Source of the DNA: Gracilinanus agilis
Taxonomy: Eukaryota
Direction: 5' to 3'
Assembly: GCF_016433145.1 (NCBI RefSeq)
Contig: NC_058131.1
Coordinates: forward strand, 121,827,092 to 121,891,091
DNA: 64,000 nt
Position numbers and translations under genes: made by a program. The notes beneath the pieces are model-generated. The model searched no databases. It had not been told where the DNA came from and worked only from the letters and a program-made list of their open reading frames with translations. Shown piece by piece: positions 35,233 to 48,100 of this stretch. Position 1 is the stretch's first letter. Each line of letters starts with the position of its first letter.

Positions 35233-37800
35233 TTATTGTTATTCTATCATTTTCTCCTACCCAACTCTTTGTGATCCCATGGACCATAATATGCCAGACC
35301 CTTCTATCCTCCACTGTCTCCTGAAGTCTGTCCAAGCTCATGTTTGTTGCTTCTATAATATAATCTATCCATCTTATCCTCTACCATCCATCCCCATCTT
35401 CTTTTGCTTTCAATCTTTCCCAGCATCAGGTTCTTTTCCAAAGAGTCCTTTATTATTATGTGGCCAAAAATATTTAAACTTCAGTTTTAGTATTTGACCT
35501 TCTAATGAATAGTCTGAATTAATTTCTTTAAGTACTGACTGATTTGATCTTCTTGTTGTCCAAAGGACTGTCTACAACAGCAGGATTTGAAAGCATTGAT
35601 TCTGGGATGCTCAGCTTTTGTGATAGTTCAACTCTCATAGTCATTCATTACTACTGGAAAAATAGTTTTGACTATATGGACCTTTGTCAGCAAGGTGGTG
35701 TCTCTGCTTTTTAGAATGCTGTACAGATTTGCCATGCCATTCCTTCCGAGGAGAAAGCATCTTTTAATTTCATGTCTTCAGTCACCATCTTCAGTGATCT
35801 TTGAACCCGAGAATATAAAATCTGAAACTGCTTCCATTTTTTCTTTCTCTATTTGCCATTAAGTGATGGGAACAGTTGCTATGACAGTCTTATTTGTTTG
35901 TTTGTTTTATGTTAAGCTCTATTCCTGCTTTTATACTCTCCTCTTTCACCCTCATCAAGAAGCTTCTTAATTCTTTAATTTTTTCCATCAGCATGGTGCT
36001 GCCTACACATCTGAGATTGTTGATATTTCTCCTGGCAACCTCAGTTCCAGCTTTTGATTTATTCAGCCTGGCATTTCACCTGATGTACTCTGTATATAAG
36101 TTAAATAAATAAGTTGCAAAATACAACCTTATCATACTTCTTTCCCAATCTTAAACCAATCATTTGTTCCATGTTCAATTCTAACTGTTGCTTCTTGACC
36201 CACCTACACATTCCTCAGGAGATAAGATGAACTGGTACTCCAATTTCTTTGAGAACTTGCCACATTTTGTTGTGATCCACAGGTCAAAGGCTTTAGAGTC
36301 ATCAGTGAAGCAGAAGTAGATGTTTTTCTTTAACTCACTTGCTTTCTCCATAATCCAGTGAATGTTGGCAATTTGGTCTCTAATTCTTCTGCCTCTTTGA
36401 AAACCAGCCTGTTCTTCTGATAATTCTCAGTTCATATATGGCTTGCAGAATCGTTAGTATAACTTGCTGGTATGACAAATAAGAATACTTGTTCGGTAAT
36501 TTGAATATTCTTTGGCATTGCCCTTCCTTAGGATTTGGATGTAAACTGAGCTTTTCCAACCTAGTGGCCACTGCTGAGTTTTCCAAATTTGTTGGCATAT
36601 TGAGTGCAACACTTTAATAGCATCATCTTTTAGGATTTAAATAGTCCAGCAGGAATTTCATTACCTCCACTAGCCTTATAGTTAACAATTCTTCCTAAGG
36701 CTCATTTGACTTTCTTCAGAATATTGTCTAATTTATTTCAAGAGATCTTTGCCTTTCCCATTCCATTGTTTTCTTCTATTTATTTGCTCATTTAAAAAAA
36801 ACTTATCTCTCCTTACTATTCTCTGGAATTTTGCATTCAGAAACTGCATTCAGGAATATTTTTCCCTTTCTCTTTTCCCTTTCACTTTCATTTTTTCTTC
36901 AGTTAGTTGTAAAGCTTTGTCAGATAACCATTTTTTCTTTCTAGCTCTTTTTCTTTGGGATATATTTTTGTTGTTGTCGCCTATACAATATTGCAAACCA
37001 CTTTTCATAGTTCTTCAGGCACTCTACTAGATCTAAACCCTTAAATCTATTCATCACCTCCATGTCCTATTTATAATGGATACTATTTAGGTCATACCTG
37101 TATTGTCTGATGGTTTTCCCTACTTTCTTCAATTTAATTCTAAATTTTGCTATAAGAAGCTCATGATTTAAGTCAGAGTCAGTTTCAAGTCTTGTTTTAA
37201 ATGACCTTTTAGAGCTTCTCCACCTTTGGTTGCAAAATTATGTAATGAATTTGATTTCATATTGACCACCTGGTGTTGTCAAAGTGTAGTTGGGTTGTTG
37301 GAAAAGAGTATTTGCTATGACCAGTGAGTTATCTTGACAAAATTCTATTAGTCTCTGCCATGCATCATTTTGAACTACAAAGCCAAACTTGTCTATTATT
37401 CTAATTAACTTTTTTTTTAAAACCCTTACCTTTTGTCTTAGAGTCAATACTGTGTATTGGCTCCAAGGCAGATGAGTGGTAAGGTTAGGCAAAGGGGATC
37501 AAGTGACTTGCCCGAAGTCACGCAGCTGGGAATGTCTGAGGCTAGATTTGAACCTAGGACCTCCTGTCTCTAGGCCTGGCTCTCAATCCACTGAGCTACC
37601 CAGCTGTCCCCTCTAATTAACTTTTGATTTCCTACTTTAGCTTTCTAATACATATCTCTGCACCTGAATTCTTGCTAGAATAACTGATTCATATATCTCT
37701 GGCTTTCTGAAGTGTAATTATCCTTCAGGATCCAATTCAGTCAAGTTGGGATTCTTCTAAGAAGTCCTACAATACACAACAATCTCTTCTTTCAAGGAAA
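35233..37800 (-). mobile_element. BovB-like RTE LINE, long degraded copy interrupted by a SINE
   Basis: Endonuclease remnant KFGFVVQNDAWQRLIEFCQDNSLVIANTLFQQ and RT-proximal remnant near 36400-36600, followed by the BovB-type 3' region. End coordinates are approximate. Confidence 0.88.
37414..37611 (-). mobile_element. Full-length marsupial SINE-1-type SINE inserted in the RTE
   Basis: Minus strand starts GGGGACAGCTGGGTAGCTCAGTGGATTGAGAGCC and has a poly-T tail on plus. 14-bp TSD TCTAATTAACTTTT (37400-37413 and 37612-37625). Confidence 0.93.
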
Positions 37801-38186
37801 TCTGGTCATGCTCATTATTTATAATGATAATGGTATCAAAAATAACAACAGTTCATCCAACAGTAAGCAAGCTAGCATTTTTAAATGCTATATGCTAGGT
37901 ACCAGACTAGGTGCTAGGGATGGAGATATGGACTAGACCTAATTTCCTTAGTTTCTTTAGAAAACTCCTAGCAATGCATAATCTTAGGGAGTCAGTCAAT
38001 AAACAATACCTATGTACAGGCATTGTGCTAAGCCTTAAGGATAAGGGGGGGGGGGAAAGGTAAAAGGCAGTCCCTCCTTTCAAGGAATTCAGAGTCAAAT
38101 GTGGGAGACAGTATGCAAACAACTACATACAAATAAGATGTATTCAGGATTAGACATAATCAGCAGAGGAAAAGCACTAGAATTCT

Positions 38187-38324
38187 TTTTTTAACCATTA
38201 ATATTCATTTTTAACATGGTTACATGATTCATGCTCCTACTTTCCCCTTCACCCTCCCCCCCGCACTCCCCCCACCAATGGCCGATGCACATTTCCACTG
38301 GTTTTAATATGTGTCATTGATCAG
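38187..38324 (-). mobile_element. Severely 5'-truncated L1 (138 bp)
   Basis: Poly-T plus L1 3' UTR homologous to 16430-16550. 13-bp TSD GCACTAGAATTCT (38174-38186 and 38325-38337). Confidence 0.88.
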
Positions 38325-39249
38325 GCACTAGAATTCTAGGGGTTGGGAAAGAGAATTCCCTGGAGAACTGAGAAATTGAGTGACTTGTCTAGAGTCACAC
38401 AACCAGGATTTATCAGAGGCTGGTCTTGAACATAGGTCTTCCCAACTCTGAGGATGGCTCCACTATGCAATAATGTCTCTTGGTACTGAAGATATAAAAG
38501 CAAAGTCAAAATATTCCCTGCCTTCAAGGTTTTGCATTTTAACTAAGACAATGTATGTACATATTCAAAACACATGTATAGTTCTGTGCAAAACATATAT
38601 AAAGTAGACACAAGATAACCTTGGAAGGAAAAGTCTTTCCAATGAAAAGCCTCATCCTAAGTCTTTAAGAAAAACAAGGATTCCAAGAAGCAAAGATGAG
38701 GATGGCAATATTAGGGATAAGGAGAGCCAGAGCAAAAGAATGAAAACAAGAGATAGAGCATCATAAGGAAGGAAGGAAGGAAAGATTTATTAAGAGCCTG
38801 CCATGAGCCAAGAAGTGTGTGACGTGCTTACAAATGTGTTCATTTGAATCTCATGCTGTCCCTGGGAGGTAGGTGCTGTTATTATCCCCATTTTACACTT
38901 GAGGAACCTGAAGCAAGCAGAAGTTTACTTGCCCAAGGTCACACAGGAAATAAATGACTGAAGCAAGATGTGAACTCAGGTCTTCTTGACTCCAGGCCCA
39001 GCACTGTATCAACTGTGCCACCTAGATAGTAAGCTATTATGGTTGAACCTTAGAGTGCCTTGAAGGGAACAGTGTATAAGAATGTTGGAAAGGCAAGATA
39101 AAGATATATTATAAAATGCTTTAAATGACAGGGTTTATATCTAATTCTAGAGGTAATATGGGACACTTCAGTGTTATTTTAAAAATTCCACATGATAAGC
39201 CTGTGAGGTAGATGATAAAAACATTGCTGTTCCTATTTATATTGAGTAT

Positions 39250-40380
39250 CAAAAAGACAGAAAATTCCCCAGATCTATCTATCCAGGCCTAGTCTCTTTC
39301 CTGAACTTTTGCATCACAAACTGCCACTTGGATACTTCAAACTTGGTATCCTACAAGCATATCAAACCCAACTTGTCCAAAATAGAATTCATTATCAATT
39401 ACAGCCCAGGGTGACACTAGCCTTCTAGTCAGCCAGGCTCACAGCTTCAGTGTCATCCATGAATCTTCATTCTCTCTCCCCGTATTCACTCTGCTGTTGT
39501 CTCCTTTTTTCTGCCCTCACAGCACCAAGTACAGAAGGGGAAAAAAAAGTTCTTGCCCCCAAAGTCCTTGGCAATATCAAATCATTTAACATCAGAGACG
39601 GATAAAATTTTATAAGTGTAAATAGTATTTTAAAAAATGCTTCTGCTTCTATTTGCTTGCCACCAAACCCCAAGCCCCATAGGGCTCTTCCAATAGACTT
39701 GCAGCAGGAACTTTCCATTTGTACTCTCTCCTCCTATTAGAATGAGAGCAGGGATGGGTTTACTTTTCAATTTGTATCTCTACTGCTTAGCAGAGTATTT
39801 TGCACAAAGTAAATGCTTAATAAATGATTTTTTATTAATTTATTCCTTCACTTCAATTCATCTTCCACTTGGCTTCCAAGGAGATTTTTCCTAAAATATA
39901 GCTGGACCACTCCCCCTCTGTTTGGCATTTAAAACCCTTCACAACCTGGTCTCTTCCCAAACAGTCAAGTCTTCTACCCTTCATTCAATTTTGTTATCTA
40001 GCTACACTGGCCACTTGTTATACTCACACATGATATTCTAGCTCCCAATCCCATGTCATTTCACTGGATATTCCCTATGATTAGAATGCCCTTTAATTTA
40101 CCACCACTTCTTAACTTCCTTGGCTCTCTTCAAGACAGCTCAAAGCCCATCTTTTGCAGATCTTTCCAGATTGCCCTTACTGCTCTTGCTAGTGTCTCCC
40201 TTCTGGTATTACCTCCCATCTACTCTGTATATATTTGGAATGTACCTAGCCATTTATATATTGTCTACCTCATTAGAATGTGAGTTTTTTGAGGGCAGGA
40301 ATAGTGTTTCTGCCTCTTTCTATATCTACAGGGCTTACCACAGTGCCTAATCAGTGGTAAATGCTAAACAAATGGTTATT
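39250..40380 (+). mobile_element. L2 relics
   Basis: ATTAGAATGTGAG...GAGGGCAGG...GCTTA...AATAAATG-type L2 3' ends with upstream L2-like pyrimidine-rich body. Similar relics at 13560-13800, 37990-38160 and 45550-46850. Boundaries are approximate. Confidence 0.65.
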
Positions 40381-43361
40381 GGTTAGGGGATTGGCCCATT
40401 CTCACAATCTGGAATCCAATCTCTTATCCAGCCATCTAACCATATAATGTATTGCCTAGCCCATTTGTACCTTAGATCATATGTTGCCTATATTGTTGTT
40501 TAGCTATTTCATGTGTATGTAGCTTATCTCTCAATTAGATCATAAACTTTTTGAGGGTAGGATTTAGGTCTTCTATCTATTTTATCTCCTTCCCAGTAGC
40601 TAATTGTGACTTTAAAATAGCTGCTTAATAACTACTTGTAAAATTGAAATTAAATTAAATTTCTCCAACAAACTCTCTCCCAAACTTCAGTTTTGGTTAT
40701 TCTTTTCCTTGATAGTTAGGGATAGGTAGGGCATTCCAAAGATTTGGAATCTTTGAAAGATTTATATGAAACCTCAGATGAATCAGATGTTTACCACAGA
40801 GTTAATTTTCTTTCTCTTGAGTTTATACATGTTGTCATTGGAAATACCAAAGACATTTCCAAGGTCTTTTTCTATATTCCCTCAAGCATCTTCATTGTCC
40901 TAAACATGGAACTCATGGAACAGATGCATATTACTCAGTGATTATAATGAAGACCATGACATGAAGCATTTAATCATTGTTTCAGAGAAACTACAAACTC
41001 CAGCGCAGCTATCTTCCACCTTTTTGGCCTCAGAACCTCTTCACACTCTTAAAAATTGAGGATCTTCAATGAGCATGGATATGAGTTCTATCAATGGATA
41101 TTTGCTATAATAGAAATTGAAGGATCATAGAAATGTTATGAAAATAGTTTTGAACTCAAAGACTCCAGAAGTCCTTGGACCACAACTTTTTTTTAAAGTA
41201 TTGGTTTGTTTGTTACATTGATACACAGTTAACTTCCTCCTCAACTTCCTGTTAGTGAAGGCCTTACTCGACAAAAAGATATATGCATATATAACTATGT
41301 TTTACTTATTTCCATTCATTAGTTTTTTCTCTGGAGGTAGACATGCATGTCATTCTTCAAACAATATCTCTATTGCTGTACATGATGTTACCTTGTTTGT
41401 GCTCATTTCATTTTTAATAATTTTATGTAAAGTCTTTCCCTGTTTTTTCCAAAATTAACCAACTTATTATTAGAGAAACATTGCTCTATGGGGGAGGGAA
41501 CAGGGGCAACCCAAAAGCAAATTGACCATGGAGATGTGATATTACTTAAGAGAGTGCTGAAACTGTGGTCAGATCAAGGTTCAAATCCCAATTCAGACAG
41601 TTAAGTCACTTAAACTCTGAATATCAATTTCTTCATCTTTAAAATGAGAATAGAGTACCAACTACACAGGGTTACTGTGAAGTTAAAATGAAATAATATG
41701 TATACATCTCTTTCTGAACCTTCAATCCTTATGTAAAAGTAAGAACTATTAGGATCAGAACCACCCAATATCAAAACTGTGAAGTATGTGATTTTTATCT
41801 TCAGAGCCTCATCCTTCCTTTCTGGGCCTTTTTACTCCCTTCCTAGAGCTGCATCCAGGTACCAGTGACAAATGTTCAATCCTTTTACCTACTAATCAAA
41901 TTCTGTTCTCTATATACTCTAGTTTTAATATCAGTCATTTACTCCTTAGTATAAATTAAAGTCAATATATTTTCCTTCTCAAAGAGTCACTTGTATTTTA
42001 ACCTTTTTTTTAAAGGCATTGCCCTCTTTTAAAGGCATTTCACACTTCCGTAATTGAGTGGGGTATACTATCTTTTAGGGAAGTGGGGGTTTCAATTTCC
42101 CTCGAAATTGCACCAAATATAGAAGCATACCTCCGGGCAAAATGAGTCCAGCATTGGAGCCTCCTAGCAGCAAAATAAGAGTCATTAGTTGAAGCTGCCA
42201 ATGGACTCTACTCTGACAATTCAGCCACAACTTGAAGTAAGAATCATCTTGGCATCATTTTTGACCACCTGGAAAAATCATGGGAAAAGTCTTCCTGTAC
42301 CTTCCTCACTTCATCAACTTTCATGTTTTCTTTAAATTTCATATGAAAAGTACCTTTTCCCTCAGACTCTCTCTTTGGGGCCTTAAGAGTATAGTAAATG
42401 CTTTGTCTTTGCACTAGCATTTTTAGTAATTTATTCCAGACTCCAAGCTTTTCATTATTTAACTCTTAAGTGCTTTCAGATTCCAAACATGGTATGTGAC
42501 AGGGCTATGCACACATACTAGTTGCAGGCTAGTCGCTAGTGTTCTAGTCAGGAAGGTTACATTTTAAAAATCAGCATCCTCTCTTCTTGAACATCCCAAA
42601 ACAGTGATTTATTTCTTCAAAAGGACTGGAACTATCCTGGTGGGCTACTTGGCAAATATTCAAAATCAAAAAGCCACTCACTGGTAACTCCATGGTGGCT
42701 ATTCTAAGAGAAAGGAAGTCTGGCTCCTGCCAAACTTCCCAAGAAAAATAAGACTGTACCATGCTAGGAAACAGGCATAACATTCATTCAGCAAGCCATT
42801 TTCAAGCTTCAAGTCTGAATCCTCATTGTATATCTTCTTTAAATACACATTTCCTGCATTACCTAATTATCTGCTTCCAAAAGCATTTGGTTAGGCACAC
42901 AACACATCTCAGTAATGGGAATGTACTCTGGTCTCCCAGAGTCAGTTCATAAAGGCAATGGAGTTGTCTCAATATTGTAGATCCTCTCTCTGCAGTATCG
43001 CCGTGTAATGTAGCAGAACTGTCTGATAGCTAAGGTAATGATCAGATGGGATGTAACAGAGAGGGACATCTACTGGCTGATAGAGTAGAATTAGCTCATT
43101 TATTCAGCTGGAAGAGTGTTGGCTCCGGGGCCTCAGGGTACTTGTTTCACATTCTAACAGCCTCTTCTACCGGCAGCATCTTGGTTCTGGCTTTGTAGCC
43201 TGTCAGCATCATTGGTTTAATATCCAAATCCTCTTACTCCTTTTCTTTCCCTTTCATCCTTTATATGCTCCTCCAAGCTCTCTTTTCTCTCATATACATG
43301 CTCTTCATTCCTGCTTCAGTTCTGGGGGAAGCCATAGTATTCCCTACTCTAAGCACTCCTT

Positions 43362-43563
43362 AAAAGAAAAAAACCCTTATCTTCCATTTTAGAATCAATA
43401 CTAATTATTGGTACCAAGGCAGAAGAGTAGTAAGGTCTACCCAAATGGGATTAAATTACTTTCCCAGGGTCACAGAGCTAGGAAATATCTGAGGCCAGAT
43501 TTGAACCCAGGATCTCCTGTCTCTAGGCTTGATTCTCTATCCAATAAACCACCTAGCTGCCCC
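43362..43563 (-). mobile_element. SINE-1-type SINE
   Basis: Same family on minus, with imperfect flanking repeat CTCTAAG-A-TC-T. Confidence 0.85.
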
Positions 43564-46039
43564 TCTAAGTATTCTTAATAGATAATTAACTGCCAGGAAG
43601 ACTAGGTATAGTTCCCCTTGAAGGTAGGAAGCTGATCAACATCAAATCTTGGCCTTCCCAATCCTACATTTCCAGAAAAGACTAAGCACCTTAAAGTCTT
43701 TGAAATACCCACTGGGCCACTATAATAGCTCACCAGGGGGAAGGTGGGCTGGAACCCATGAGTACTGTTTCACTCTAAAGTAATTCGCCCCATGTAGACT
43801 ACTTGTTCACTACTGATAATGCTTTGAACTAATTGCAGTATCCATAATTTATGATATCACCGTTAATAAAAATAAGCTAATGAACCTGATTCTTCTCATG
43901 TCTATCCCCTAACCCATTTTCACAGCATGGTGGAAGGAAAATTAGGCCAGAATAAAGATACTCCAGGGTAGCTTTGACTCCATAATACATCGTGTGACAT
44001 GCAGTAGATCTTCCAACTGGAATAACCTTGGCTCAAGGCTGGAAAGACATAAAGAGATTTGCTACAGTAAGACAGGGAGAGTTTTGTACTATGATGCCAA
44101 ATTTAGAGGCCACTGGTCGCTTCTCAGTGTTCCAACAGAATAAAAACAGTGTTAATAAGAATAATTAGCTAAAGTAGGAAACTACAAGGCTTTGCTAAGC
44201 TCCACCTTTGCCCAGCCCTGCTTTCTACCAAACCCCAAAACCCTACCCCTGGCAGTCAGTTGGTATAAGAGCCCTAGGATATCTCTCTCCAACACATACA
44301 ATTCCATTCAACAAAAGATATGCTTTCAGGCCATTAGCACTCAGTATAGTATACGGTGAAACACAAAAATTCTTAAGTGAAATCCTAAGTTCTATCACCC
44401 TGCCAGCTAAGCCATCAGGCATGCAGAGGCATTGGTTCTTTCCAATTGGCCTACTTATAGTCACTGGAAAGTAGAAAAAACAAAATCCTTTTCAAGGCCC
44501 CCTCTGGACTCAATCTTCTCTTTAGGAACACCTTCACTTAGTTGGAGGGACTCTATGAGAGGGGGAAATAAAGATGATCCTATCCATATCTCTTCTCCTT
44601 CATGTTTCCTAAGCCCCAGATCTGGACTGAAAAAAGGAGGGAGGGGTAGGAAGAGAGAATCAGTCAGAGATTCGGAACATCAATGCTTATCAGAGATGTA
44701 GACGTTAGAGTACAATTCATATCTATTGTTGCCTTTGGTCCCCAGAACAACTATGAGGCATTCTGTGAGAACAGACTGCATGAAGCTCACCATCACAGTC
44801 TTTTCAAGGTGGGTCCAGAGCCAGATGTCTACCCTCTGCATTCCTTGGGCCAGAAGCCTTGATATTGTACTACATGTGGTCACAGTATGATAAGTATTCA
44901 GTTTGGGTTACAAATCTAGTAGTGGGATTTCTGGGTCACATTTCCCTATCAGACCATGACTATACCTCTCCCTATGCCTCACCTACCCCCCTTTAAATCT
45001 ATTCTTGACTTTTATCAAAACTGCCACTCACTCCATTGCTCAGTATTTTCTCAAGCTATTATCTCTGCTCTGACTTCACTTTTCCTTCTCCAATCTCACC
45101 CTGATATTGGGCATTTCCATTCTATACTGCCCTCTGTTTTCAAAATCCTTGCTCTCCTCATTCTCTCACCACACCTCAGTATTCCCATCGACTGCTTCTT
45201 CCTCTCCTACTCACTAGCTGATAAACACAGCAAGACAAATTCTCACACCCTGCTGTTGATTAGGTACACTACAAATTCACATTATCCAACCCAACTGGGC
45301 CCTCTTTGCAACAAGGCAATCCCTCAGTTCTTTCTAATTGATTTGGTACCTTACTTCCAAAATAAGCTATGCTAAACCTTCTCTTCTTTCCTCTAGTTAT
45401 TTCTATCATAGATAGATGATATAGAGATATAGACAGATATTGACATAGATATATAGATTGATGATAGAGACAGAAATGATCTGAATATAGCTGGAAATAT
45501 AGAAAGATTAATGAAATAGAGGCAGATAATAGAAAGAAAGGCCCAGTTTGGTCTCATACCATTAACTGCCTATCAGAAATTTCATTGTCTTAGAATCATC
45601 CCAAATTCAACTGAAATTATATTTACCTTCAACTGTCCCCTATTTCCAAACTTCCTTATTTTTCAGTTTTCCAGGACCCCAGGTTCCTAACCTCCTATCC
45701 TGAACTCCTTACTATATAATTTTTATAAATGTATATATTTAATTAATTGTCAAATCTTGTCATTCCTGTCTTCCCAACATCTCTCCCTTATAACCCCTAC
45801 TCTCTAGTCATACAGCTGCTACTTTAAGCCTTCACCATCACTTTCCTAGATTATTGTAAATGCTTCCTAACTGGCCACCTTGTATCAAATTTCTCACCAC
45901 TCCAATCCATTTTGTACACTGTTGCCTAACTTTCCTTAACAGATCACATGATCCTCCTATTCAATCAATTCTGTGATTTCCAGTAACCTCTAGATTAAAA
46001 TATAAACTCCTCTGTTTAGTTTCAAAAGTCCTATACAAC

Positions 46040-46171
46040 AACATATATCATATTACCTGCCATCTTGGGCCAAGGAAGAATATGGATCACAAAATGTTAC
46101 AAAATGATTATCAAAAATTGTGTCAACATTGTATCAAAAATTGTATGTAAAAATTTTTAAAAATAATTTTT
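46040..46171 (+). mobile_element. Short L1 3' fragment inserted in an L2 relic
   Basis: 16-bp TSD AAAAG(T/A)CCTATACAAC at 46024-46039 and 46172-46187. Confidence 0.75.
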
Positions 46172-47896
46172 AAAAGACCTATACAACCTAACTCCAAACA
46201 ATCTTTCCAGCTCATTGGACATCTCTCCCCTTCCCATACTCTATAACCTAACCAGATTTGCTACTTCTCTGTTCCTCATTCAAAATCGTCTGTCTTATAT
46301 CTTCATGCCTTTGCACTTGGCTGGTCATCATGTCTGGAATGCAATTCTTCCTTATTTCTGTCCTGTAAAGTTCCTTTCTTACATTAAGATGAGATTCAAG
46401 CACCATATTCTTCAAAAATCTTTTCCTGACCCTTCCCCCACTTTTTAGTGCCCTTCCTCCCAATTATCTTGTATTTAATTACCTTGAATATATTTGTATT
46501 TATTCACTTAATATTTATGTTGCCTATTTTTATATATGTACTTGTTTACCTTATTAGAATGTAATCTTGTTGGTAGTGAGGATCATTTTATTATGATTAG
46601 AGCTTACAATTTATTTATAATTAGGTTACATAATTATTATGTAATTATAACTTTTATTATTAAAGTCTATTTAGATAGTTCTATCTGTTGCCAAGTCACA
46701 TATGTATATATGTGGGGCTGGGGGAAGTTAATGAACCCACTTCTAAGATTTGATCCTTATAAGCCAGTCATCTATTACATTAACATTTATATCCCCATTA
46801 TCTAGCACAGTGTTAGAACATGTTAGATGCTTGTTGATTGACTGGTTGACTGATTAATATGGCAATCAATATGGCAGGTGTATAGCATAATTAAAAGAGT
46901 CACTAATTTAGATTTAGAAGTCTAGGTTCAAGTCTCAGTCCTCTCATTTACTGACTATGGAATCTTTTGCAAATTATTTGACTCTCTGAAATAGATTATT
47001 AATTTATGATCATAAGATCATTAATTGAGAGGTTGAGGAGTATTTAAAAGCCATTGAGCCTAATCTCCTTATTTTATCATTGAGAAAACTAAAGCCTAAG
47101 AGATTAAATTATTTGATCAAGATCAGAGAGTTACTAGATGACAGAATAAGGATCTGAACTCAGGTATCTTGACTCCCAATCCAGCACTCTTCTCACTATA
47201 GCAATGAACCCTATCGCAGTATCCTGTACACCAAAGGCAATAACTGATTAGTAAACCAAATTGAATATCCATTTTATATTTTGAAAAGGAAGGTTCAATA
47301 TGACAAAGATGAAAAAAATGACTCCCAAGAGGCTACTACTTTCGCCCTTTTAGCTCTAAATCCCAAGGTACCAGGATTATGGGCACCTAACTAATTTAAG
47401 GACATCTGATTATATGTCTAAGACATAGTCAAGTTAAGAAACCTATCACACCACGTTGTCTATTTCTTATTGACTAATGCCTGACTTCCTAGTGTTGATA
47501 AGACAATAGCATGCTAAAACCATCACAACCATACTTAGGAATAACTTTGGAAAGCGTAAAGGAGTCATGATGACTTCACCACATACAACCTCCTGAAACA
47601 GAGACAAAATGTCCACATTCTTTCAGTTTGACAAGCTAATACCAATCTTCTTTATTCTTAACTTTACTTGTCTTTTGTGACATCAGCTTCCTACCACTTC
47701 TCAATCTCATGAAACAGTGTATAAAAACAATGTAGTAGTATTAACTTGACATATTCTTTCTCTCCTCCTTTTCTCTTCTCCCCTCCCACCTCCTAATTCC
47801 TTTCTTTCTTTCTTGACTATTGCAGAAATAACCTGATCCTTCCTCCTGAAAGTACTCTTTGCTTCACAATCTGGTTTGCTGTTCTTGATCCTAAAC

Positions 47897-48100
47897 CAGT
47901 GATGCGCAAATTTTTTAAAGAGGGGGCCAAAGGAAAGGAAATGCTCCTCAGTCAGTCTGTTTCTAAGGCAACTCTTTCGAACTTTCATTGTACTGTATCC
48001 TACTCATTGTATTCATCAGATTAGGAATACTGTCCCACAGCCTGATCAAACATTTCAGGGGGCCTGCATCTGGCCCACCACTATAGTTTGCCCATCACTG
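47897..48100 (-). mobile_element. hAT MITE family A (204 bp)
   Basis: Ends CAGTGATGCGCAAA and TTTGCCCATCACTG. 8-bp TSD TCCTAAAC / TCCTAGAC (one mismatch). Reverse complement of the 18350 copy. Confidence 0.92.

Noticed and set aside
42996-43034. 39-nt plus-strand segment with good acceptor and donor
   Set aside because: Stops in all three frames. Could only be a UTR or poison exon, and there is no other support.
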